From Candidatus Omnitrophota bacterium (GTDB lineage Bacteria > Omnitrophota > Omnitrophia > Omnitrophales > Aquincolibacteriaceae): a stretch of 64,000 nt of DNA. Positions 56,558-64,000 of this stretch are shown in pieces; the first letter of the stretch is position 1, and each line of letters starts with the position of its first letter. Made by a program: the position numbers and the translations under genes. The notes beneath the pieces were generated by a model. That model saw nothing but the letters and a program-made list of their open reading frames with translations, did not search any database and was not told the DNA's origin. The stretch spans positions 45,231 to 109,230 of the forward strand of contig DAOPYQ010000005.1 of assembly GCA_035352955.1 (NCBI GenBank), given 5' to 3'.

Positions 56558-58408
56558 ATGTCATGCCTGCGGATCCATTCCATTCAAAAACAGCTGGTTC
56601 TCGGTGTTTTTCTTTGCATTTTTGTCGCTACAAGCTCCGGCTGCGCCCATCGCCCAGCGGCTACCGTCCCGGCGAAGGGCCCGAATCCAGACGCGAAGGT
56701 CCTTTTCATTTTCGTCGACAGCCTCCGTCCCGATACGGTGGACGACATGGTCCGCGAAGGGAAACTCCCGAACATCAAAAAATTCTTTTACGATCAGGGC
56801 CTCCGTCTTCCAAACTTCTACAGCTCCTTCCCCTCTCTCACGGTCAATGCCTACGGAGAACTGCTGACGGGACAATGGCCGGACCGGACCGGTCTCAAAG
56901 CCCAATCCCTCTTTGAACGTTACCGGACACGCAGAAAAGGTTTCTGGAAACGGCTTTTCCGGATCAACGAGACATTCCCCAAACGTGCCAACATGCTCAC
57001 CGACGTGGAAGCCGCGCCCAACCTTCTGAAACGGAACGGCATCAAAACGCTCTACGATCTGCTCGGCGAAAAATTCCATCCCTCGATCGTTCCCGTCAGT
57101 CCGACCACCGCTCCGATGGCCTGGCCGCACGTGGCCGCCAATGACGTCGAGCACCCCTATCACGCGACCGTCGAAGCCACACAAAAGTTCGATGACATCA
57201 ACGGGAAATACGCCATGCAATACATGGTGAGCGACACACGCGGAAAGCTTTTCATGCTCTGGTTCATGGAAATGGACGAGGAACAACACCACGAAGAAAA
57301 GGGACAGCGCTCTGACAAGACCCGCGAGAAACTGATCAAGATCGATGAGTGGCTCGGAAAGATCCATGAGGGGCTGGTGCGCGAGAACGGCGGCCGCGAG
57401 ATCTATCTCATCCTTTTCTCCGACCACGGCGCCTACACCGGCCCGGGGGAAGTTCATAACCAACCCTATCACATCGCCCGCGATTTTTTCTATGATACCC
57501 TGAAAATGAACACCCGCGGACCAGACTACGCGGTCAATCATCCGGGCACCGACCTTGACCGGTATACCTACATCGACAACATGGGCCGCGGGCAGGCACG
57601 CATTTTCCTCCCCGTCGGGGATGCCCAGTCCGGAAACTGGAACCGACCAAATACCCTTTACGAGCTCGAACACTACGGCCTCGGCCCCAACCGTAAGCCC
57701 GTGAACCTGATCCGGGAACTTCTCCGGATCGATTTGTCGGCCCGCAACAAGTTCCCCGGACAGACCGACCCGCATCCGGTCCGGTTCATTTTTGTCAAAC
57801 TCGCGAAAGACCTCGTTTACATCCTCGGACAAAACGGCGCCGCAGCCCTGCTCAGGATAGAAGAAAACCAGAGCAAGCTCCGGTATCGCTACACGCCGGT
57901 GCGGGACGTCTCCCAGGATGCGGCCGGGAAACTTTCCTGGCAGGAACCTGCGGGAGCGGATCCGTTCGGCTACCTCACCGACCCGAAATTCCATGCACCG
58001 GACGCGTCAAAATTCCTCGCGAATTTCCATGATGACCGGGAATGGCTCGAGGCCACTTACGAAACAGATTTTCCGGAGGCCGTCTCCGCCCTCGCCCACT
58101 CGTTCTCCTGGCGGCCGGACCTCGAACGCCTCGCTCCCTCCGAAGATCCCGATATCTGTTTGTCGGCGACCCCAGGCTGGAATTTTAGGATCGAAGACAC
58201 AAACGGCGTGGACCATGGAGCCATCAACCGCGATGCCATGCGAGCGACGCTGATGCTGTCGGGTCCCAATATCCGCTCGGGAACAGATACGAAACCTCAT
58301 CGCCTTATTGACGTCACACCGACCCTTTTTCAGTTGCTCGGGTATGATTACTCGAAAACCACCCATCTTGATTCCGAACCGATCGAAGGCATCTATGAAA
58401 AGTCTTAG
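56558..58408 (+). CDS. Alkaline-phosphatase-superfamily (type I phosphodiesterase / nucleotide pyrophosphatase-like) lipoprotein, 616 aa
   Basis: Lipobox FVATSSGC; metal-binding motifs FIFVDSLRPD, FSDHG and GVDHG. The C-terminal 250 aa are unassigned. Confidence 0.6.
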   Translation: MSCLRIHSIQKQLVLGVFLCIFVATSSGCAHRPAATVPAKGPNPDAKVLFIFVDSLRPDTVDDMVREGKLPNIKKFFYDQGLRLPNFYSSFPSLTVNAYGELLTGQWPDRTGLKAQSLFERYRTRRKGFWKRLFRINETFPKRANMLTDVEAAPNLLKRNGIKTLYDLLGEKFHPSIVPVSPTTAPMAWPHVAANDVEHPYHATVEATQKFDDINGKYAMQYMVSDTRGKLFMLWFMEMDEEQHHEEKGQRSDKTREKLIKIDEWLGKIHEGLVRENGGREIYLILFSDHGAYTGPGEVHNQPYHIARDFFYDTLKMNTRGPDYAVNHPGTDLDRYTYIDNMGRGQARIFLPVGDAQSGNWNRPNTLYELEHYGLGPNRKPVNLIRELLRIDLSARNKFPGQTDPHPVRFIFVKLAKDLVYILGQNGAAALLRIEENQSKLRYRYTPVRDVSQDAAGKLSWQEPAGADPFGYLTDPKFHAPDASKFLANFHDDREWLEATYETDFPEAVSALAHSFSWRPDLERLAPSEDPDICLSATPGWNFRIEDTNGVDHGAINRDAMRATLMLSGPNIRSGTDTKPHRLIDVTPTLFQLLGYDYSKTTHLDSEPIEGIYEKS

Positions 58409-59549
58409 AGCCCTTCCGGCGATCCTTCTGGCGCTCTGCATCACCCAGCCGAACGCCCTCGCCATGAAAGCCGAAAAAGGATCCTCGGAAGACCTTTACT
58501 GGACCGAGCCGATGACGGTTCACGACTACAAAAAAAATTCGGACCTGCATAATATCTCCGTTTCGATCATGGCCATGACCGAACTGGAATTCGTCCGCCT
58601 TGCCGACGGCCTCTACGGCGTCACACTCCGGACCAAGAAACGCCCGCTCTCGCAGAGCCTGGATTCCCTGGATTACGCCTATCGCAAACTTCCGCGGATC
58701 GAACCGATCCGGCGTTTCGGGCAACTCTTTGATGCGCTTCAGCTCCGTCAGCTTTCCCTCTCCGATGCCCGGACCGTCGGCGTTTTTATGAGCGGCCAGG
58801 GCATGGGCGGCGTCACGCCGATCATGCAGGTCCGCATCTACAAACTTCTCGTATGGCTGGAGGACGTGATCTATGACATCGATGAAACTGCCATGTTCCC
58901 CATCAACTACGGCGTTTCCAGGATCCGTAAGGAACCCACGAAGATCAAGACGTTCAGTTATGCCGCGGACGGGATCGGCGCCGCGCGCTGGGAATTTTTC
59001 GCGGCCCTCAATGTCCTGAACCGGGAGATGGTCCGCATCGGTTCCAAGATCATCACCACGCTCGAAGCGCCGAAAAATTCCTCGATCCGACGCAAACTCA
59101 AAAAACAGAACCGTCACAAGCTGATCTATTCCCGGATGCCGATCGAGGTGTTCCGGAAGAACCAGTCTTTTCTTATCAGCAAGGACAAGAACGCTTTCGC
59201 GGGAACGCTCGGCGACTGGCACCAGTTGATGCTCGACCGGTCGCAGATCCTGCCGCCCGAAGTCCGTCAAGACAACATCCCGGTCAAGGGGACATGGCTC
59301 ACCGACCTCCCTGCCACGGAAGTCGATCGCGGCAGTATCCCTGTTCCGGGTGCCGCCCTGTCACGAAATCCATCCAACGAAGTTCTGGTCGCAGCGGATT
59401 ATGGAACGTGGGAAAAGGTCCCGGCGGAACTCAAGCATTACGTCATCGCGCCGGAAGAACTGGCTGCATTGATCCGGCAGTACGAACCGCCGGCTGAAAT
59501 AGCGGAAAGGCCGCGCACGGAGCCTGTCATTCCTCCGCCGGTCCCGTAA
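58395..59549 (+). CDS. Hypothetical secreted protein (384 aa)
   Basis: Signal peptide MKSLRALPAILLALCITQPNALA. It overlaps the upstream gene by 14 nt, which suggests an operon. The antisense 318-aa ORF was rejected. Confidence 0.55.
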   Translation: MKSLRALPAILLALCITQPNALAMKAEKGSSEDLYWTEPMTVHDYKKNSDLHNISVSIMAMTELEFVRLADGLYGVTLRTKKRPLSQSLDSLDYAYRKLPRIEPIRRFGQLFDALQLRQLSLSDARTVGVFMSGQGMGGVTPIMQVRIYKLLVWLEDVIYDIDETAMFPINYGVSRIRKEPTKIKTFSYAADGIGAARWEFFAALNVLNREMVRIGSKIITTLEAPKNSSIRRKLKKQNRHKLIYSRMPIEVFRKNQSFLISKDKNAFAGTLGDWHQLMLDRSQILPPEVRQDNIPVKGTWLTDLPATEVDRGSIPVPGAALSRNPSNEVLVAADYGTWEKVPAELKHYVIAPEELAALIRQYEPPAEIAERPRTEPVIPPPVP

Positions 59550-59629
59550 TTTTTTTTAAGCTTGTCGTAACCGAGTGAATTGATACACTAAACGTAATCA
59601 CCAGTCATACCCTAAATAAGGAACGAAAC

Positions 59630-60865
59630 ATGAGCGACCCAGCATCCTCTCCCAAAGACACGCTAGCTTCAAGAATGGATATTCTCGACGCGCGGATCCA
59701 ACAGGCAAAAAAGCAGGATCTCTACCCGTACATGCACTCTTCCGACGCCGTTGAAGGCGTCCACGTCACGGTTCAGGGCCGGCCGATGCTCCAGTTCGCC
59801 TCCTATTCCTATCTTGACCTCCTCGGCCATCCGAAGATCAATGCCGCCGCCAAAAGGGCCATCGATGAGTTCGGGACAGGCACGCACGGTGTCCGGTTCC
59901 TTGCGGGAACCACGCGCATCCACGTCGAACTTGAAAAGAAGATCGCCGCCTTCAAAAAAACAGAAACGGCCGTCGCCATCGCCTCGGGCTACGGCGCCAA
60001 TTTCGGAACGATCTCCGCGCTTCTCGGCCGGCACGACACCGTCATCTGCGACAAGATCAACCATGCGAGCATCGTCGACGGCTGCATCCTCTCCCGAGCC
60101 CAGTTCGTCCGCTTTGAGCATAACGACATGGGAGCCCTCGAAAAGGCTCTTTTCGAAGCGCCCAAAACCGGCACGAAGCTTGTCGTCGTCGACGCCGTCT
60201 TCAGCATGGACGGCGACATCATCAACCTTCCTGAAGTCATCCGCCTCTGCCGGAAATTCAGAGCCATGCTCATGATCGACGAGGCACATTCCGTCGGCGT
60301 CCTCGGAAAAAAAGGGCACGGCATTGAAGAACATTTTGGGATCGATCCCAAAGAGGAGCTCATCGATATCAAGATGGGAACGCTGAGTAAAACCATCCCG
60401 AGCGTCGGCGGGTATATCGCCGGCCGGACCAAACTGATCAATTACCTGCGGCACACCATCCGTCCCTTTATTTTCTCGGCGGCGATCCCCCCGGCCTCGG
60501 CCGCCGCGGCCAAAACCGCTTTCGAAGTGATCGAGGACGAACCCTGGCGCGTGGAAAAGCTCCACAAGAACACGGACTATTTCCTTAAAACGCTCCATGC
60601 CCGTGGATTCGACACGCTGAAAAGCCAGACCGCCATCGTCCCGATCATTATCGGTGACGAAGCCAAAGCCCTCGAAATGACGCGGCTGGCAAGAAGCGAA
60701 GGCATTTTCATTGTCCCGATCCTTCCGCCGGCCGTCCAGCCGAATACGGCAAGGATCCGCGCCACCGTCACGGCCGGCCATTCCCTTCAGGAAATCGACC
60801 GCGCGATCAACACGTTCGCGAAAATCGCAGCCTCTATCGGCATCCTGCGTTCCCACACCCCATGA
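59630..60865 (+). CDS. PLP-dependent alpha-oxoamine synthase family enzyme (BioF/Kbl/serine-palmitoyltransferase-like)
   Basis: FASYSYLDLLGHP, GTTRIHVELEKKIAAF, DEAHSVGVLG, and the PLP lysine in GTLSKTI. The AAGGAA RBS is present. No bio or tdh neighbours. Confidence 0.75.
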   Translation: MSDPASSPKDTLASRMDILDARIQQAKKQDLYPYMHSSDAVEGVHVTVQGRPMLQFASYSYLDLLGHPKINAAAKRAIDEFGTGTHGVRFLAGTTRIHVELEKKIAAFKKTETAVAIASGYGANFGTISALLGRHDTVICDKINHASIVDGCILSRAQFVRFEHNDMGALEKALFEAPKTGTKLVVVDAVFSMDGDIINLPEVIRLCRKFRAMLMIDEAHSVGVLGKKGHGIEEHFGIDPKEELIDIKMGTLSKTIPSVGGYIAGRTKLINYLRHTIRPFIFSAAIPPASAAAAKTAFEVIEDEPWRVEKLHKNTDYFLKTLHARGFDTLKSQTAIVPIIIGDEAKALEMTRLARSEGIFIVPILPPAVQPNTARIRATVTAGHSLQEIDRAINTFAKIAASIGILRSHTP

Positions 60866-60973
60866 CCACCCGTCATATCGTCAGTTTCTCTATAGAAATC
60901 ACTTGCAAAATAGTCTCGCATCGGTAAACTTCTTGCGAATTTAAATCCCCAAAGGAGAAGGAGTCATAAAAGA

Positions 60974-62761
60974 ATGGTTACCCCGGTTGAAAAATGGGTC
61001 GAGGAACAGGCAAAACTTACTAAACCCGACAGGATCTATTGGTGCAACGGCTCCGATGAAGAAGCTCACAAACTCATCGAAATCGGCATCAAGGAAGAAA
61101 AACTCAACGGGAAACCCGTTTTTAAAAAACTGAACGACAAGCATTGGCCGAATGCCTATTATCACCGTTCTCACCCCAATGACGTCGCGCGGACCGAGCA
61201 GCTGACGTTCGTCTGCCATCCCAACAAGGAAATGGCCGGACCGAACAACAACTGGATGGAACCCAAGGAAGCCAAGGCCAAAATGGCCGCGCTCTTTGAC
61301 GGCTGCATGAAAGGCCGCACGATGTATGTCATGCCTTACATGATGGGACATCCGAAATCCCCTTACGCCAAGGCCTGTGTCCAGATCACTGACAACTCCT
61401 ATGTTGCCGTCAGCATGCGCATCATGACCCGCATGGGAAAAGAAGCCCTCGACAGGATCGGCAGTTCCAAAAATTTCGTACGCGGTCTGCACTCGATCGG
61501 CGACCTTAACCCGGACCGCCGCTTCATCATGCACTACCCCCAGGACAGCCTTGTCGAAAGTTTCGGTTCGGGCTACGGCGGAAACGCGCTCCTCGGAAAA
61601 AAGTGTTTTGCCCTGCGCATCGCCTCCTGTCTCGGAAAAAAAGAAGGCTGGCTCGCGGAACACATGTTGATCATGGGGATCGAGGATCCCACGGGGAAAG
61701 TTACTTATATCGCCGCGGCGTTTCCTTCGGCGTGCGGGAAAACAAATCTCGCACTCATGCAATCCGCGCTCCCCGGCTACAAAGTCTGGACCGTCGGTGA
61801 CGATATCGCGTGGCTCAACGTCGGCCCGGACGGCCGCCTCTACGCGATCAATCCGGAAGCCGGATTTTTCGGCGTCGCTCCCGGAACATCAAAGAAGACC
61901 AATCCCAAGATGGTCGAGACGCTCCAGAACAATAAATTCTTCCCGACCCTTTTCACCAACACCGCCATTAACCGGGACATGAACGAACCCTGGTGGGAAG
62001 GCCTCGACGGCGCGGTCCCCACAAACGTCGAAGACTGGCAAGGGAATCATCCTTGGGACCCTTCCAAGGGGAAAGCCGCGCACCCGAATTCCCGGTTCAC
62101 GACCTCGATGTACAACTGCCCGAGTCTTTCCAAAGAAGTGGACAACCCGCAAGGCGTTCCGATCTCCGCGATCCTGTTCGGAGGAAAACGCGCCAACCTG
62201 ATCCCGCTCGTCGCAGAAGCCCGTGACTGGCAGCAGGGCGTTTTCATCGGGACTCGCATGGGTTCCGAAATCACGGCGGCCGCTTCTTCTCTCACGGTCG
62301 GCGCGGTCCGCCGCGACCCGATGGCCATGCTCCCCTTCTGCGGGTACAACATGGGCGATTATTTTGGACACTGGCTTGAGGTCGGCAAGAAGCTCAAGAC
62401 CCCCCCGAAGATCTATTCGATCAACTGGTTCCGCAAAGATGATGACGGAAAATTCATCTGGCCGGGCTTCGGTGACAATATCCGCGTGATGAAGTGGATC
62501 ATGCAGAGGATCGATGGCAAGGCCGGCGCAAGGGAAACCGCGGTCGGGATCCTCCCCGAAGCAAAAGACTTTGATCTTTCGGGGCTCACGATCCCGAAAG
62601 AGAAGATCGAAAAACTCTTCTCGGTAGAACCTTCGGAGTGGGCGGGCGAACTCCAGGAAATCGAAAAGTACCTCGGACGGTTTGGTTCCCACATGCCTGC
62701 CGAAATCTGGGCGGAATACAAAAAGCTCGCCGAAAAACTAGGGCAACCCGTTTCAAAGTAA
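60974..62761 (+). CDS. pckG: Phosphoenolpyruvate carboxykinase (GTP)
   Basis: AAFPSACGKTNLAL kinase-1a motif and WLAEHMLIMG. The AAGGAG RBS is present. Confidence 0.95.
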   Translation: MVTPVEKWVEEQAKLTKPDRIYWCNGSDEEAHKLIEIGIKEEKLNGKPVFKKLNDKHWPNAYYHRSHPNDVARTEQLTFVCHPNKEMAGPNNNWMEPKEAKAKMAALFDGCMKGRTMYVMPYMMGHPKSPYAKACVQITDNSYVAVSMRIMTRMGKEALDRIGSSKNFVRGLHSIGDLNPDRRFIMHYPQDSLVESFGSGYGGNALLGKKCFALRIASCLGKKEGWLAEHMLIMGIEDPTGKVTYIAAAFPSACGKTNLALMQSALPGYKVWTVGDDIAWLNVGPDGRLYAINPEAGFFGVAPGTSKKTNPKMVETLQNNKFFPTLFTNTAINRDMNEPWWEGLDGAVPTNVEDWQGNHPWDPSKGKAAHPNSRFTTSMYNCPSLSKEVDNPQGVPISAILFGGKRANLIPLVAEARDWQQGVFIGTRMGSEITAAASSLTVGAVRRDPMAMLPFCGYNMGDYFGHWLEVGKKLKTPPKIYSINWFRKDDDGKFIWPGFGDNIRVMKWIMQRIDGKAGARETAVGILPEAKDFDLSGLTIPKEKIEKLFSVEPSEWAGELQEIEKYLGRFGSHMPAEIWAEYKKLAEKLGQPVSK

Positions 62762-62782
62762 TCCGGTACCGGAAAACAAAAA

Positions 62783-62820
62783 GGGACAGGCCGTCGTTGA
62801 CGCCTGTCCCTTTTATTTTT
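62783..62820. terminator. Bidirectional rho-independent terminator between convergent pckG and metH
   Basis: GGGACAGGC-cgtcgttgac-GCCTGTCCC followed by TTTTATTTTT, with AAAAA preceding on the + strand. Confidence 0.75.
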
Positions 62821-62833
62821 GAAATCTTACTTC

Positions 62834-64000
62834 TTAAACGCTGAAGTATTTCGCCTGTGGGTGATGCAGCACGATGGCCGAGGTAGACTGCTCGGGAGCC
62901 ATCTGAAAAGTTTCGCTCAGGCGCACGCCAATCTTCTCTCCGGGAATGAGCTGAAAAAGCTTCTTCTGGTCTTCAAGGTTCGGGCAAGCCTGATACCCGA
63001 AACTATAACGCGATCCCTGATACCCCTGACGGAAAAGATCCTCTTTTGACTTTTTGTCCTTCAGGTGGATCCCCATTTCGCGACGGATCATCGCATGGAC
63101 ATATTCGGCCAGCCCTTCCGTCGCCTCGACCCCGAGCCCGTGAAGGTAAAGATATTCGGCGTACCTGTTCGCCTTATAAAGTTTCTGTTCCGCCTCGGCC
63201 ACCTGTTTCCCAAGCGTCACCATCTGGACCCCGATCACGTCCGGCTCGCTGCTTCCGCGGGGACGGATAAAATCGGCAATGCACTGATAGGGTTCCCGTT
63301 TCTGGCGCGGAAAACTGAACCGGAGGATCTCCTGCTCGCCCGAGCCGTCCATAATAACCAGGTCGTTCTGTTCGGAGTAGCACTTGTAGAACCCGTAAAT
63401 AACCTTCGGTTCGAAGATCTTCTCGCGAATCGCCAACGCCTTAAAACGTTCAAAGATCGGGTCCACATTCTCCATGAGGTAAAGATCGAATTCCCGCGGC
63501 GTCCGGTCCCCCTGTTTAAACTGCCACTGGCTGCGGTAGAGCGCGATCTTGTTGATCCAGCTGAAGATGTCCTGAGGGCGGATATTCTTCAGGATGCGGT
63601 ACCCCAGGAACGGCACTTCCGGAACCGGGTTGTCGCGGTGAATATGATAGGAAGGCTTGAACGGCGGGATCACCGGAACCGGCTCCGGATTCCTGAAACT
63701 TTCATCGCAGATCTTGGATTCCGGCTCAGGAACCGGCGCTGGCGCGGAATTGACCGGTGCGGGAGGCCCCTGGATCTCTTCCATGATCTTGAGCGCAGAA
63801 AAAGCATCGCGGCCGTAATGGACCTTGCCGTGATAGGTTTTGGCCAGATCCTCCCGGACATAACGCTCGGTCAGGGCCGCGCCTCCGCAGATGACGGGCG
63901 TTTTGACCCCCCGTCGGTTCATCTCCTCGAGATCTTCTTTCATGATCAACGTCGACTTCACAAGCAGGCCCGAAAGCCCGATCGCATCCGCCCGGTGCTC
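62834..64000 (-). CDS. metH: Methionine synthase (cobalamin-dependent), C-terminal part: end of the B12-binding module plus the AdoMet activation domain; the gene continues past the window end
   Basis: VKTPVICGGAALT, then an activation domain (FPRQKREPYQCIADFIRP). The reading frame is open to position 64000. Confidence 0.8.
   Translation of the reverse strand, partial: EHRADAIGLSGLLVKSTLIMKEDLEEMNRRGVKTPVICGGAALTERYVREDLAKTYHGKVHYGRDAFSALKIMEEIQGPPAPVNSAPAPVPEPESKICDESFRNPEPVPVIPPFKPSYHIHRDNPVPEVPFLGYRILKNIRPQDIFSWINKIALYRSQWQFKQGDRTPREFDLYLMENVDPIFERFKALAIREKIFEPKVIYGFYKCYSEQNDLVIMDGSGEQEILRFSFPRQKREPYQCIADFIRPRGSSEPDVIGVQMVTLGKQVAEAEQKLYKANRYAEYLYLHGLGVEATEGLAEYVHAMIRREMGIHLKDKKSKEDLFRQGYQGSRYSFGYQACPNLEDQKKLFQLIPGEKIGVRLSETFQMAPEQSTSAIVLHHPQAKYFSV

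Noticed and set aside
58314-59270. 318-aa minus-strand ORF opposite the secreted protein gene 58395-59549
   Set aside because: Arg/Gly/Asp-rich composition, no signal or domains. The + strand ORF has a signal peptide and operon-like overlap with the upstream + gene.
1-64000. CRISPR arrays, rRNA genes, transposases/IS elements, toxin-antitoxin pairs
   Set aside because: No regularly spaced direct repeats, no rRNA-like conserved stretches, and no transposase or integrase motifs were seen in any frame. Repeats found were limited to short GC-rich palindromes.

Overview
This is a GC-rich (roughly 58-60%) bacterial chromosomal window that is densely coding, almost all on the minus strand. The organism is probably a diderm: it carries two Mla/MCE ABC transporters with an AsmA-like protein, Lol (LolCD/E) and Lnt outer-membrane lipoprotein machinery, and SecA. 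Yet much of the gene order is Firmicutes-like: mcsA-mcsB-clpC ... yacL-ispDF-cysS, tmk-holB, metG-tatD. Recognisable housekeeping genes include mutS (5' part), radC, tsaE, thiL, mtnA, tatD, metG, holB, tmk, cysS, a fused ispDF, clpC, mcsAB, ilvE, lysS, eda, secA, prfB (with the conserved +1 programmed frameshift), pckG, the 3' part of metH, and a tRNA-His. The most interesting feature is a compact 8-kb type-II FAS/PKS-like specialised lipid cluster at about 31.7-39.9 kb. It encodes a ketosynthase plus a catalytically dead chain-length-factor partner, a dedicated long ACP and AcpS, two hotdog dehydratases, a ketoreductase, a SAM methyltransferase, a GT2 glycosyltransferase and a stand-alone thioester-reductase-type SDR. 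The content is aryl-polyene-like but carries a reductive release enzyme and lacks the usual APE loading and export genes. Other points worth a second look are two tandem apolipoprotein N-acyltransferase paralogs translationally coupled to a tiny lipoprotein, an AsmA-like/MlaEFD module sitting inside the clpC-yacL block, a second MCE system with a STAS-fused permease and three lipoproteins, an orphan hydE-like radical SAM gene, an orphan alpha-oxoamine synthase, and a near-consensus promoter giving a leaderless radC. No CRISPR array, rRNA, integrase or transposase was seen. All calls rest on reading the supplied ORF translations and the sequence by eye; no database searches were run.
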